From: Bacteroidales bacterium
GTDB taxonomy: Bacteria; Bacteroidota; Bacteroidia; Bacteroidales; WCHB1-69
Length of the DNA stretch: 64,000 bases
Assembly: GCA_017438945.1 (NCBI GenBank)
Contig: JAFRUI010000018.1
Span: 16,049 to 80,048 of the forward strand
Reading direction: 5' to 3'
This document shows positions 18,985-29,010 of the stretch, piece after piece (positions within the stretch are counted from its first letter, which is position 1; each line of letters begins with the position of its first letter). The notes below the pieces were generated by a model, which ran no database searches, had not been told where the DNA came from, and saw only the letters and a list, made by a program, of their open reading frames with translations. Made by a program: the position numbers and the translations under genes.

Positions 18985-19923
18985 ATGAGAAGATATATTT
19001 ACTTGATTATAAGCTTATTGTTAATTTCCATTTGTACAAACTCCTGTAAGCGGAGGGATCTCACCCCCGCTTACATTTTGATAACCCCAGAAGATTTTGA
19101 GAATTGCATCAATGTCAGCAATTTCAATGAGACGCATGACCAAAATTTCGACCAAGACCAATTGACCGCCCTCACGAGGCACAAGTTCACGCATGTCAAT
19201 GTCTATGTGAACAATAAAAACCTTGGTTGCTGGGAGTTGCCTTGCAAGGTGCCCGTGCTTGATGTGAACAACAACGATTCCTGCACGCTGGTGCTGATTC
19301 CCGCCTTCCCTATGTCGGGCATGGGAAACACCATTTCAGGGTACCCGTTTCTCAACATTTGCCGGCAACGCGTTCTTTTACAGAAAGATCACGTCTATGA
19401 GGTGGCGCAAAACCGTCCCCAATACGTCTATAGCGAATACGCCCGGTTCCCCTATTTCGAAACTTTCTCCAACAGCACCTCTTTCAGTCCCGTGCCCTCG
19501 CCCACACAGACGGACCTGACCTTCCTGCCTGTCGCTTACGAAGACAAGAGCGTTGGTGAAATCGTCCTCAACGACAACGCTGGACTGCATTTCGATGTCC
19601 AGTCCACCCCTTTCGTTGTTCCTGTCGGCAGCTATCGGGTGGTGCTGGAAGTCCGCTACAAAACCGAAGGGAACATCGACATATCCGCGAAAATGTCCAA
19701 CTCCTACTACCCCTTCAGATGGTATTCTGTCGGCGGCATTAAAGCCTCGCCTGACGAATGGAAAACCATCCACTTCGATCTGACCAACACCATCAACAGC
19801 AACTACGGTTCCACCGGCAACTCGACCGATCTCACGCTTATGCTGACGGGCGTCGGCGAGGAAGGCAAGGAAACGCATTATTACATTGATGACGTTAAAG
19901 TAGTTTTCATCCGAACGGCTTAA
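18985..19923 (+). CDS. hypothetical lipoprotein with C-terminal beta-sandwich (CBM-like)
   Basis: Start re-set to MRRYIYLIISLLLISICTNSC (lipobox). I do not recognise the family. Confidence 0.55.
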   Translation: MRRYIYLIISLLLISICTNSCKRRDLTPAYILITPEDFENCINVSNFNETHDQNFDQDQLTALTRHKFTHVNVYVNNKNLGCWELPCKVPVLDVNNNDSCTLVLIPAFPMSGMGNTISGYPFLNICRQRVLLQKDHVYEVAQNRPQYVYSEYARFPYFETFSNSTSFSPVPSPTQTDLTFLPVAYEDKSVGEIVLNDNAGLHFDVQSTPFVVPVGSYRVVLEVRYKTEGNIDISAKMSNSYYPFRWYSVGGIKASPDEWKTIHFDLTNTINSNYGSTGNSTDLTLMLTGVGEEGKETHYYIDDVKVVFIRTA

Positions 19924-19925
19924 TC

Positions 19926-21350
19926 ATGATGAACAAAACCAAGTTAACCTTTTTATACATTCTCTTTGATATCCTTGCAGCCCTGATCACCTGGATTGGG
20001 CTGTACATCTACCGCAAGCACGTGGGTGAATCGGCAGATTTCCAGAGCATCATTGTTTCCATGCGCTCGGATTCCAAATTTTGGCTCGGGCTGGTGCTGT
20101 ACCCCGTATACTGGCTGTTTTTTCACGCTTTTTTCGGTTATTACAACAAAATTTACCGGAAATCGCGCCTTGACGAGTTGGTGACCACCTTCGGGGTGAC
20201 ACTTTTCGGATGTCTGGTCTTCTTTTTCGTCTTTATTCTTGATGACATCGTCACGTCTCCCAACGACTATGTGAAATATCTGCTGTTCCTCTTTTTCTTC
20301 CAATTTCTGGAGACCTATATACCCCGGCTTTCCATCACCTCCTATATCAACAAAAGGATTCATGACGGGAGAATCGGCTTCAACACGCTTATCGTGGGCA
20401 ACGACGAGATGGCGTTGAAGGCCTACGAGACCGTGCTGAAACAGAATCCGAGATCAGGACATCTTTTTGTCGGCTACATCCGTGTTGACGACCATCAACC
20501 CGACCGGCTGAAGGGTCATCTTTCCTGCGTCGGAAATATTTCTGACATCAGCAAAGTTGTTGAGGAACAGCATATTGAGGAGATTGTTGTAGCGCTGCAT
20601 AACGGACAACGGAAATATATCCAACAAGTGCTGTCGTTAGTGCGCCGTAACCACAACCTGACCATCAGTCTGGTGCCCCAGGAACAGGACATGCTCATCG
20701 GGTCCGTGAAAACTTCGTCCGTATTGGACGAGCCGTTCATCTCCATCACCCCTGAATACCTGCCCACCTGGCAGCGATACTTGAAAAGAGTTTGCGATAT
20801 CTTGCTTTCTTTGGTCGCCATTGTCCTGCTTACCCCCTTGTACATTTTCCTGGCCATTGGGGTGAAACGGTCGTCTCCGGGTCCGATTTTTTACCGGCAG
20901 GAGCGCATCGGTTATTTAGGCAAACCGTTCAATATCATAAAGTTCCGTTCCATGTGCGAAAATGCGGAAGCCGACGGGCCGATGCTTTCTTCACAGAACG
21001 ACAGCCGCATCACCCCGTTCGGGAAGTTCATGCGGCAGTACCGTCTTGACGAAACCCCTCAGTTTTTCAACGTGCTACGCGGCGACATGGCATTAGTGGG
21101 TCCCCGCCCCGAACGCCAGTTTTATATCGACCAGATTATGGAGCGCGCCCCCTACTACCAGCTGTTGCTCGGCATCAAGCCCGGCATCACCTCCTGGGGA
21201 CAGGTGCGTTTCGGCTATGCGGAAAATGTCGATGAGATGCTCGAACGCCTGCGCTGGGACCTCCTGTACATTGAGAATATGTCCCTCCTGATGGATATCA
21301 AAATCTTGATATACACGGTGTTAATTATCCTAAAACGCGAAGGAAAGTAA
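19926..21350 (+). CDS. polyprenyl glycosylphosphotransferase (WbaP/bacterial sugar transferase family)
   Basis: 474 aa. It has N-terminal TM helices and a C-terminal sugar-transferase domain (..FRSMCENAE.., ..DMALVGPRPE..). Confidence 0.9.
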   Translation: MMNKTKLTFLYILFDILAALITWIGLYIYRKHVGESADFQSIIVSMRSDSKFWLGLVLYPVYWLFFHAFFGYYNKIYRKSRLDELVTTFGVTLFGCLVFFFVFILDDIVTSPNDYVKYLLFLFFFQFLETYIPRLSITSYINKRIHDGRIGFNTLIVGNDEMALKAYETVLKQNPRSGHLFVGYIRVDDHQPDRLKGHLSCVGNISDISKVVEEQHIEEIVVALHNGQRKYIQQVLSLVRRNHNLTISLVPQEQDMLIGSVKTSSVLDEPFISITPEYLPTWQRYLKRVCDILLSLVAIVLLTPLYIFLAIGVKRSSPGPIFYRQERIGYLGKPFNIIKFRSMCENAEADGPMLSSQNDSRITPFGKFMRQYRLDETPQFFNVLRGDMALVGPRPERQFYIDQIMERAPYYQLLLGIKPGITSWGQVRFGYAENVDEMLERLRWDLLYIENMSLLMDIKILIYTVLIILKREGK

Positions 21351-21351
21351 G

Positions 21352-21386
21352 ATTGGCTATTGGCTGTTGGCTATTGGCTGTTGGCT
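21352..21386. repeat. tandem heptamer array ([AG]TTGGCT x5)
   Basis: ATTGGCTATTGGCTGTTGGCTATTGGCTGTTGGCT lies directly after the stop codon at 21350. Confidence 0.85.
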
Positions 21387-21430
21387 GCTGCGGCATAATT
21401 GGCAGCCCATCCGGCATAACAAAAAAATAC

Positions 21431-21438
21431 TATTTTTG
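21431..21438 (+). promoter_or_regulatory. -7 promoter box for the DUF4290 gene
   Basis: TATTTTTG lies 33 nt upstream of the ATG at 21471. Confidence 0.5.
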
Positions 21439-21470
21439 CACGTTTAAAAAGAAAACGCACTAATCATACT

Positions 21471-22145
21471 ATGATAGAATATAACACCAAACGTAACGGA
21501 CTTATAATCAGAGAGTACGGTCGAAATATCCAAAAATTGGTTGAGCAATGCGTAACGATAGAGGACAAAGAGGAACGCACGCGTACGGCATACGCCATAG
21601 TCAGGATAATGAGCGACATCGTCAACTCCAAAGAGAACAGTAACGAGAACAACCGCAATAACGACGATTTCTGGAACAAGCTGTGGGATCACCTTTTCAT
21701 GATGTCTAATTATCAGCTGGATGTGGATTCCCCCTACCCCAAACCATCGCCCGAGAAGAAAGACATCGTTTTTGAGAAACCGTCTTACAACAACAAAAAC
21801 AAAGTGAAATTCCGCACATACGGCGTCAACATGCAAAACCTCATCAAAAAGGTGGCCGAATATCCCGAGGATGTTCGGAAAAATTTCGCTCCCTCTTTGG
21901 CAAACCACCTGAAGATGATGTACTTGACCTACAACCGCAATTCTGTCAACGACCAACTGATCCAGCATCAGTTAGAGGAATTGTCTGGCGGAAAAATCAC
22001 CCTTCCCGAGAATTTCAACTTCATCAATACCAAAGAGTTGTTGAACATCGCCAATGCCAATGCCGCCTTCTATGTGGCTCCGCAATCCGGCTCCAAGAAA
22101 AAGAAAAAGAAGAAAAACAAGAAAAACAACACCCCTGCCGTATGA
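21471..22145 (+). CDS. DUF4290-family protein
   Basis: 224 aa. MIEYNTKRNGLIIREYGRNIQKLV.. matches my recollection of DUF4290. It has a lysine-rich tail. Confidence 0.55.
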   Translation: MIEYNTKRNGLIIREYGRNIQKLVEQCVTIEDKEERTRTAYAIVRIMSDIVNSKENSNENNRNNDDFWNKLWDHLFMMSNYQLDVDSPYPKPSPEKKDIVFEKPSYNNKNKVKFRTYGVNMQNLIKKVAEYPEDVRKNFAPSLANHLKMMYLTYNRNSVNDQLIQHQLEELSGGKITLPENFNFINTKELLNIANANAAFYVAPQSGSKKKKKKKNKKNNTPAV

Positions 22146-23083
22146 ATATAATTGACGTGCAACATGTCACGAAACGTTTTTCCGAACATGTTGCCCTTGA
22201 CGACATTTCCGTCTCCGTACCCCAAGGCTGCGTGTTCGGATTGCTGGGACCCAACGGCGCCGGCAAAACCACGCTGATCCGCATCCTGATGCGCATCTCC
22301 TTCCCCGACAAAGGGGAAATTTTCTTCAAAGGGCATCCCCTGTCGGAACAGGATATCTACGATATGGGATACCTTCCCGAAGAACGCGGTCTCTACAAAA
22401 AAATGAAAACTGGCGAGCAAGCCATGTATCTCGCTCAGCTCAAAGGACTTGACAAACAGGAGGCCTACAAACGGTTGCGGGCTAAATTCGAGCAGTTCAA
22501 CATCATGGAGTGGTGGAACAAACCTATCGAGGAACTCTCCAAGGGAATGCAGCAGAAAGTGCAGTTCATCACCACCATCCTGCACCGACCCTCGTTCCTG
22601 ATCCTCGATGAACCTTTCAGCGGCTTCGACCCCATCAACGCCAACCTGCTCAAAGACGAGATTGCCCAACTGAAGAAGGAAGGCGCCACCATCGTCCTCT
22701 CCACCCACAACATGGCTTCCGTGGAGGAGATTTGCGACCATATCGCTTTAATCAACCGTTCCCGCAAGATTTTGGACGGTGACATCTACGAGGTGAAAAA
22801 ACGCTTCAAGAAGAATTTATTCTCCATTCAAGTCTCCAATTGTCCAGACGATATTGTCCGAGAGCTTCAGACCCGTCAATACACCGTCTGCGACCAAAGC
22901 CAGAACGACTATTACACCCGTTTCGACATCAAACTGCCAGATGGGGAATCCCCCAACAAACTTCTGCAACTATTTGCACAAAATTGTGATATTCATTCCT
23001 TTAACGAAATAATGCCTACCATGAACGATATTTTCATCGAACAGGTGGAAAAAGCCAACCAACAGCCAAGCCATGAAGAATAA
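22142..23083 (+). CDS. ABC transporter ATP-binding protein (NatA-like)
   Basis: Walker A GPNGAGKTT, signature LSKGMQQK and Walker B FLILDEP are present. It overlaps the upstream stop by 4 nt. Confidence 0.9.
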   Translation: MNIIDVQHVTKRFSEHVALDDISVSVPQGCVFGLLGPNGAGKTTLIRILMRISFPDKGEIFFKGHPLSEQDIYDMGYLPEERGLYKKMKTGEQAMYLAQLKGLDKQEAYKRLRAKFEQFNIMEWWNKPIEELSKGMQQKVQFITTILHRPSFLILDEPFSGFDPINANLLKDEIAQLKKEGATIVLSTHNMASVEEICDHIALINRSRKILDGDIYEVKKRFKKNLFSIQVSNCPDDIVRELQTRQYTVCDQSQNDYYTRFDIKLPDGESPNKLLQLFAQNCDIHSFNEIMPTMNDIFIEQVEKANQQPSHEE

Positions 23084-24404
23084 AACACTCCTGATTATTT
23101 CGCGTGAATACCTGACACGCATCCAAAAGAAATCCTTCATCATCATCACCATCCTGATGCCGGTGCTGTTAGCGGCCATGATTGTGCTGCCCGTGTTGCT
23201 GGTTCAGCTCAGCGAGAGCAAAAAGTTCTCCAAAGTCCTCGTGGTCGATGAGAGCGAGATTTTCATCAACAACTTCACCGATGACAAGCACTACTCGTTC
23301 AGTTACCGTTCCGGCGACATCGAACAGATCAAGAAAGAGGCCTTCGACCAGGATTACGACGTGGTTCTGCAAATTTTGGCGAACACGCAATCCCTGAAAT
23401 CCAACATCTACTATAAAAAGAACCTGCCGTCAGGGCTGCAATCCGACATAGAAAGCCAGATGGACGACATCTTCTTCAACCAATTGTTGCGAGATTCGCT
23501 GCACATTGAGATGGCCCGTTTCGAAAACCTGCAGAACCTGGCCAAAGCGGAATCTGTCACCATCCAGATTGATGACAATGGGGTTGAGAAAGAGCACGAT
23601 GCGGAGGTCAACCAGATTTTCGGCATGATGTGCGGCATCATTATCTACTTCATCATCATCATGTTCGCCAGCCAGGTGCTGCGCGGCGTCTTGGAGGAGA
23701 AGTCGAACCGCATCGTGGAGGTGCTGATCTCCTCGGTGAAGCCCACCCAGCTGTTAGTCGGCAAGATCGTGGGCATCGCGTTGGTGGGGCTTACCCAATT
23801 GGCGATATGGGTTGTCCTTTCCGTCGGCATCCTGCTCGGCGTGCAGGTAGCCGCCCCCAACCTGTTCAGCCCCGACACCGTGGAGACTTTGTCGGAGACT
23901 CCCGGTGTCAACGTGCCCAACACGGCAACGATAGATATCGCGCCGGACAACATCTTCGAGATGATCCAGAACTACTTCTCCGTCTCATTCGGAACTATCA
24001 TCTTCGCATTCATTTTCTTCTTCGTGGTGGGCTACCTGATCTACTCAACCCTCTATGCGGCCACCGGTTCCGTTGTGGATAACGAATCGGATTCTCAGCA
24101 ATATACGATGCCCATCACCATCCCGTTGATACTGGCCATCGTATTTGTGCCGACCATCTCCACCAATCCCGACGGCGCATTAGCGTTCTGGCTCTCCATG
24201 ATTCCGCTCACCTCCCCCATCGCCATGATGGTGCGGCTTCCCTCCGGCGTCCAGGCCTGGGAGTTGATTCTCTCGATGGGACTTGCGCTCGCCTTCCTCG
24301 TGTTCTGCATCTGGTTCGCGGCCAAAGTCTATCGCATCGGCATCATGACCTACGGGAAGAAGCCGTCATGGGGCACGATTTTCAGGTGGCTGCGGGAGAA
24401 GTGA
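23073..24404 (+). CDS. ABC-2 type transporter permease (NatB-like)
   Basis: 443 aa. One N-terminal TM helix, a large loop and five C-terminal TM helices. It overlaps the ATPase gene by 11 nt. Confidence 0.8.
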   Translation: MKNKTLLIISREYLTRIQKKSFIIITILMPVLLAAMIVLPVLLVQLSESKKFSKVLVVDESEIFINNFTDDKHYSFSYRSGDIEQIKKEAFDQDYDVVLQILANTQSLKSNIYYKKNLPSGLQSDIESQMDDIFFNQLLRDSLHIEMARFENLQNLAKAESVTIQIDDNGVEKEHDAEVNQIFGMMCGIIIYFIIIMFASQVLRGVLEEKSNRIVEVLISSVKPTQLLVGKIVGIALVGLTQLAIWVVLSVGILLGVQVAAPNLFSPDTVETLSETPGVNVPNTATIDIAPDNIFEMIQNYFSVSFGTIIFAFIFFFVVGYLIYSTLYAATGSVVDNESDSQQYTMPITIPLILAIVFVPTISTNPDGALAFWLSMIPLTSPIAMMVRLPSGVQAWELILSMGLALAFLVFCIWFAAKVYRIGIMTYGKKPSWGTIFRWLREK

Positions 24405-24465
24405 GACGTGTGACGTAAGACGTGTGAGGATAAGAGGATAAGAGGATGAGAGGATGAGAGGATTG
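24405..24465. repeat. tandem arrays (GACGTGT-type heptamers, then GAGGATAA/GAGGATGA octamers x5)
   Basis: Read directly. The array begins at the base after the stop codon. Confidence 0.8.
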
Positions 24466-24491
24466 GGGGATTTCACGGTCGAAGGACCATT

Positions 24492-24524
24492 CCCCTTCTT
24501 TTTAAGAAGGGGTGCCCGAAGGGC
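24492..24524. repeat. REP-like double hairpin
   Basis: CCCCTTCTT-TTT-AAGAAGGGG is followed by GCCC-GAA-GGGC. Confidence 0.6.
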
Positions 24525-24616
24525 GGGGTAGTAATATGAACATATCCGGCGTAAGCCGACCTTTTTACAACAGCTGTCAGAAAGGCAGAACAGTTAAACC
24601 TTAAACTAAACGAGCA

Positions 24617-25960
24617 ATGGCTAACGAACAACGAGGTTTCACCTCGAACATAGGAGCGATTTTGGCGGCGGCGGGCGGTGCCGTCGGACTTGGCAACATC
24701 TGGCGTTACCCTTACATGTTGGGACAAAACGGCGGCGGGGCTTTCCTGATTGTCAATATGTTTTTCGTGCTGATGATCGGCATCCCGCTGATGATGACGG
24801 AGTTCGTCATCGGACGGCGCACGCAAAGCAATGTGGTCGGCGCGTACAAGAAACTGGAACGCAAGAAAGGATGGGCCACGATTGGCTACTTCAGCATACT
24901 GGGAGCCGTCCTTATCTATGCCTTCTACAGCGTGGTGGCCGGCTGGACGCTCAACTACATCGTCATGGCCTGTACCAACCAGCTGTCAGGGCTCACCCCC
25001 AATGAAGTTGCCGACGCTTTCGCCTCCTTCACCTCGCACTCTTTCTGGCCAGTGCTTTTCCAGTTGGCATTTCTGGCCCTGACCGCACTGGTGATTTCCT
25101 TCGGCGTACAGAAAGGCATCGAGAAAATCTCCAAGATTCTGATGCCGGTACTCTTTATCCTGCTGTTGCTGATGGTGGTCCGTTCTTTGACGTTGCCCGG
25201 CGCGAAAGAGGGGTTGCAATTCCTCTTCAAGCCCGATTTCAGCAAGCTGACCGGCGCGGGCGTGTTAGGCGCGTTAGGACAGTCGTTCTTCTCGCTCAGT
25301 CTTGGTATGGGCGCGATGGTGACCTACGGTTCCTACATCCGCAAGGAGGATTCGCTGTTCAAGACGAGCTTGTGGATTTCCGTGTGCGACCTCTTGGTGG
25401 CGATATTGGCGGGTGTGGTGATTTTCCCGGCGGTCTTCTCCTTCGGCATGGATCCCGCCGGCGGTCCGCAACTCGTCTATGTGGTGCTGCCCAACGTCTT
25501 CAACAGCATGCCGATGGGCGGATTGTTCGCAGCAGTCTTCTTCTTGTTATTAGGCATTGCCGCACTCACTTCCACCATTTCCCTGCAGGAAATCATCGTG
25601 GCCTTCTCCGTGGAAGAACTCCACTGGAGCCGCCGCAAAAGCTCGATCATCAGCATGATCAGCATCTTTGTCATCGGCATATTCTGCACCCTGTCGTTCG
25701 GCCCCATCAAGCACTGGACCCTTTTCGACCGCACCATCTTTGACCTTTTCGACCTCATCACCGCCTCCTACCTGATGCCTATCGGGGCGCTGGCAACGAC
25801 CATCTTCCTCGGCTGGTTCTACCCGAAAGTCGAAGTTAAAGACGAAATCACCAACGGCGGCGCACTGAAAGGGAAACTTTTCGAGCTTTACTACTTCATC
25901 CTGCGCTTCGTCGCCCCAATTGCCCTGATAGTGATTCTGGTGTCGGGAATAATTGGATAA
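24617..25960 (+). CDS. sodium-dependent transporter (NSS/SNF family)
   Basis: 447 aa. The GLGNIWRYPY hallmark is present, with about 11-12 TM helices. Confidence 0.9.
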   Translation: MANEQRGFTSNIGAILAAAGGAVGLGNIWRYPYMLGQNGGGAFLIVNMFFVLMIGIPLMMTEFVIGRRTQSNVVGAYKKLERKKGWATIGYFSILGAVLIYAFYSVVAGWTLNYIVMACTNQLSGLTPNEVADAFASFTSHSFWPVLFQLAFLALTALVISFGVQKGIEKISKILMPVLFILLLLMVVRSLTLPGAKEGLQFLFKPDFSKLTGAGVLGALGQSFFSLSLGMGAMVTYGSYIRKEDSLFKTSLWISVCDLLVAILAGVVIFPAVFSFGMDPAGGPQLVYVVLPNVFNSMPMGGLFAAVFFLLLGIAALTSTISLQEIIVAFSVEELHWSRRKSSIISMISIFVIGIFCTLSFGPIKHWTLFDRTIFDLFDLITASYLMPIGALATTIFLGWFYPKVEVKDEITNGGALKGKLFELYYFILRFVAPIALIVILVSGIIG

Positions 25961-25964
25961 TGTA

Positions 25965-25983
25965 GGGCGTATTCGATACGCCC
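25965..25983. repeat. REP-like hairpin between convergent genes
   Basis: GGGCGTAT-TCG-ATACGCCC. Confidence 0.6.
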
Positions 25984-25997
25984 CCACCATCAAATCA

Positions 25998-26867
25998 TCA
26001 TTCCGCACAGATGTCCTGCATCACCAATCCGGCGAGAGTGAAGCCGAAGATGGCGGTGATGTGGGAGGTGGTGCCGTTGATTTGTGCCTTGGAGGAGCAC
26101 CATTCGTGGTTGACGAGGTCGGGGTTGCCTGCCGCGATGATGGCTTTGGGACAGAGGCAGGCGTTGGTTCCACAGGTTGTCACGGTGCCTTTGTTGGGCA
26201 GCACTTCGGGAGAATAGACGCATGGGAACTTTTTGCGCGGGTACTCGCCTATCCGTTTGAACCGTTTGCGCAGGGCACGCGCCAGCGGGCATCCCTGCAC
26301 TTTCCAGAACTCAGTCACCGACACTTTCGTGGGGTCCATCTTGAGAGCGGCACCCATGGCGGAGTAAAACTTGCCCGGGCATTCGGTGGCGTGCAGAATC
26401 AGCCGTGCCTTGTGCTCCAAGCTGTCGATGGCGTCGATGATGTAGTCGTAGGTTTCCAGATGGAATTGCGCGGCGTTCTCGGCGGAGTAGATTTCCTGGA
26501 CGGCGTTGATTTCCGCCTGCGGGTTGATGTCGAGCAGCCGTTCCTTGAGCGTTTCGACCTTGACCTGTCCCACCGTCTTGGTGGTGGCCTGAAGCTGCCG
26601 GTTGACGTTGGTGACGCACACACGGTCGCTATCGACGATGGTGAGGTGGCGGATGCCGTTGCGCACCAAACTCTCGGCGCACCAGCTCCCGACGCCGCCC
26701 ACGCCAAAGACGATGACCCGTTGGTTGGCGATGCGGTCCATCGTCTCCTCCCCGACGAGCAAGGTCAAGCGGTTGAATATGGCGTTTTCTATGCCCATGC
26801 GATTTCGCGGACTCCTCTGTTTGCCGAACAATGGCTGCAGCGCCGCCATGCGGAGTCCGTTGAACAT
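25998..26867 (-). CDS. tcdA: tRNA threonylcarbamoyladenosine dehydratase (ThiF/E1-like)
   Basis: ..RVIVFGVGGVGSW.. is a Rossmann/ThiF motif. Start is the first ATG downstream of the -7 box, and the ORF-track start at 26900 lies upstream of that box. Confidence 0.8.
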   Translation of the reverse strand: MFNGLRMAALQPLFGKQRSPRNRMGIENAIFNRLTLLVGEETMDRIANQRVIVFGVGGVGSWCAESLVRNGIRHLTIVDSDRVCVTNVNRQLQATTKTVGQVKVETLKERLLDINPQAEINAVQEIYSAENAAQFHLETYDYIIDAIDSLEHKARLILHATECPGKFYSAMGAALKMDPTKVSVTEFWKVQGCPLARALRKRFKRIGEYPRKKFPCVYSPEVLPNKGTVTTCGTNACLCPKAIIAAGNPDLVNHEWCSSKAQINGTTSHITAIFGFTLAGLVMQDICAE

Positions 26868-26888
26868 GACCGGCCTGCAATCGCCGCG

Positions 26889-26896
26889 CAAAAATA
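26889..26896 (-). promoter_or_regulatory. -7 promoter box for tcdA
   Basis: TATTTTTG on the minus strand. Confidence 0.45.
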
Positions 26897-26974
26897 ACAT
26901 AATTTTCGATAATCGCGATGATGGCGTGAATGGGTTGTGGCGGGCACGTTCCGTTGCCCCCTTTGAACCCCGTC

Positions 26975-27050
26975 AGGGGTTCAATGTCTGTAGCCCGGTG
27001 CGGTTCCCCTCGATGTTCCGCAGAACCCCGTCATGGGTTCCCTGTCCGTA
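26975..27050. repeat. REP doublet (GAACCCCGTCAGGGGTTC .. GAACCCCGTCATGGGTTC)
   Basis: Two palindromic hairpins about 58 nt apart. The ~75-bp unit recurs at 27967-28037. Confidence 0.8.
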
Positions 27051-27199
27051 TGGGTTCCATCGATATTTTTAAATGCAACGAAACAAAACAACGCAGCATA
27101 TCGGAGATAAAATTTACAATTAATTGTAAATAAATATTTGATTATCAATATATTATAAAATTTTGTATTTTTGAGGCGAATTAAAAAAATAAAAAAAAT

Positions 27200-27661
27200 A
27201 TGGCAAATACATATTCTCAGATTTACCACCATTACATTTTCGCTGTACAACACAGACAGTGTCTTATCCAATCCGAATGGAAGGAAGAATTGTACAAATA
27301 CATGACGGGGTGCATCACCAATCACGGATGCAAACTGTTGAGCATTGGCGGGGTTGCAGATCATATCCATATTTTGACGGGTATGAACCCAGATGTTTCT
27401 TGTGCCACGTTGATGGCGGATGTGAAACGTAGTTCCACTTTGTGGATTAACAAGAAATTCTATCGCCCAGGTCGGTTTTCCTGGCAGAACGGGTACGGGG
27501 TTTTCAGCTACGCCAGATCCGCCATCCCGAATGTGGCGAAATATATTGAAAATCAGGTCCGGCATCACAAAAAGAAGACATTCCAGGAGGAATATGTCAA
27601 AATTCTAAATGATTTTGGCGTTGATTACGACGAACAATACATTTTCCATCCCGTGTTGTAA
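27200..27661 (+). CDS. Y1 (HUH) transposase, IS200-like / REP-associated tyrosine transposase (RAYT)
   Basis: 153 aa. The HUH motif (ADHIHIL) and catalytic-Tyr region (WQNGYGVFSY) are present, and the gene is flanked on both sides by REP hairpins. Confidence 0.8.
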   Translation: MANTYSQIYHHYIFAVQHRQCLIQSEWKEELYKYMTGCITNHGCKLLSIGGVADHIHILTGMNPDVSCATLMADVKRSSTLWINKKFYRPGRFSWQNGYGVFSYARSAIPNVAKYIENQVRHHKKKTFQEEYVKILNDFGVDYDEQYIFHPVL

Positions 27662-27704
27662 CAATCGGTCCTTCCTTACGGATTCGATTCGGCATATACA
27701 AATG

Positions 27705-28037
27705 CCCCGAATGGGGATGTGACGAACGACTGTTGGGATTCGTTTCCACGGGCATGCAACCCCCACCGGGGTTGTGGCGGACGCGATGTGCAACCCGTTG
27801 CTACATACATGTAACCCCTAACGGGGTTATGCGGGCGCGCCGACACGTATCCCGCTACAGAGATGGATCCCCTACGGGGATGATGGCGGATTCATTCGCC
27901 GGAACCGTTGCCACGGATATGGATTTCCCTACGGAGATAACGGCGGGTTCGTTCCGTCATTCCCATGAACCCCGTCAGGGGTTCCATGTCTGTAGTGCGG
28001 TCCCTCACGATGTTCCGCAGAACCCCGTTAAGGGTTC
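27705..28037. repeat. array of REP hairpins (xCCCC-loop-GGGGx) in ~45-55-bp diverged units
   Basis: Hairpins lie at 27705-27716, 27757-27774, 27812-27829, 27867-27881, 27967-27984 and 28020-28037. Confidence 0.8.
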
Positions 28038-28106
28038 CATCACCATTTCCCCACCACAACCGCCATCCCCGCCACGAAGAACGGCAGCAGGAAGAAGATG
28101 ACGGCG

Positions 28107-28134
28107 TGTAGAGACGTGCCATGGCGCGTCTCCT
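28107..28134. repeat. GTAGAGACG-type palindromic REP
   Basis: TGTAGAGACGTGCCATGGCGCGTCTC is identical over 26 nt to the copy at 35069. It overlaps the stop codon of the 83-aa gene. Confidence 0.8.
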
Positions 28135-28384
28135 ATAGGGCGTTGCCCACGCGGTTGTCAAAGAGTTGCACCCGCGATTTGGTCCAGAAGAGTTTCGGGG
28201 GAACGTCCAACGCCCAATTCGTGAACCCGAGGATGAACCCCGCGAGCGCGAGCCCGCCCGCGAGGACATAGACGTGCCTCCCGATGCCGATGTCGCCGTA
28301 GGCGATTTCCGAGAGCAGAACTAACAGCCCGAAGAGGTTGGTGATGGGCGCGATTTTTTGGATGAGCCAGAGGAGGGCGGTCAT
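28133..28384 (-). CDS. small membrane protein (2 predicted TM), unknown family
   Basis: 83 aa with two hydrophobic stretches. It is the last ORF of the same-strand cluster, 19 nt after the preceding gene. Confidence 0.5.
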   Translation of the reverse strand: MTALLWLIQKIAPITNLFGLLVLLSEIAYGDIGIGRHVYVLAGGLALAGFILGFTNWALDVPPKLFWTKSRVQLFDNRVGNAL

Positions 28385-28403
28385 AATAATTGGGAATTTA
28401 CCA

Positions 28404-28763
28404 TCATTTTGCAGTTTTCAACAGTTGCATCACCGTTTTGACCCCATCAATCGTCACTTTGTTTCCATCGACGGCGGCCAAAATAAAGATGTAGTCATCG
28501 TTTCTTTCGGCAAAGTCTTCGCAACAGGTGATTTCCACCACCTCGTAATCCCAACCCATGTCCTTCACCGCAATTTCCGCAACGGATCCGACCAACGACA
28601 ACGACAGCGGGACACCACCATCTTTGTCAAAGAGCGTGACGGCCCACGTCGTGAACTGTTCGTCTTCATCGATGCGAAATATCCCGCCATGCTTCTTCAA
28701 CAACTCCAGGAGCTGGACATTCAACTTGCCACACGGGCCGGTATTTTCAAGGATTGTACTCAT
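28404..28763 (-). CDS. hypothetical cytoplasmic protein, unknown family
   Basis: 119 aa with no motif I recognise. It starts 7 nt after the upstream gene. Confidence 0.55.
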   Translation of the reverse strand: MSTILENTGPCGKLNVQLLELLKKHGGIFRIDEDEQFTTWAVTLFDKDGGVPLSLSLVGSVAEIAVKDMGWDYEVVEITCCEDFAERNDDYIFILAAVDGNKVTIDGVKTVMQLLKTAK

Positions 28764-28770
28764 TGAAGTC

Positions 28771-29010
28771 TCATAATTGTTTTACCGTCCAACCGTTGGC
28801 ATTTGTGATTTTAGAAGGCCTGCTGAAGCCGCTTCTCCATTTACAACCAGTCTGCTTCAAGAAATCATCAGCGGAAATACCGTTTGATTCGTTTGATTCA
28901 ACCACAAAGCTCCATTCTTCACTGGAACTTCTGACGGTGCTCCCGTCGGGCTTTTCTATCCACTGCAATGCAGACAATCCCTTTCCTGTTACTAAAAGTT
29001 TATATCTCAT
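28771..29010 (-). CDS. hypothetical small protein, unknown family
   Basis: 79 aa, in a visibly AT-richer stretch. Confidence 0.45.
   Translation of the reverse strand: MRYKLLVTGKGLSALQWIEKPDGSTVRSSSEEWSFVVESNESNGISADDFLKQTGCKWRSGFSRPSKITNANGWTVKQL

Noticed and set aside
24405-24616. Possible riboswitch or leader upstream of the sodium-dependent (NSS) transporter.
   Set aside because: The stretch is explained by tandem arrays plus two REP-type hairpins. I could not recognise any known aptamer consensus, such as the glycine aptamer.
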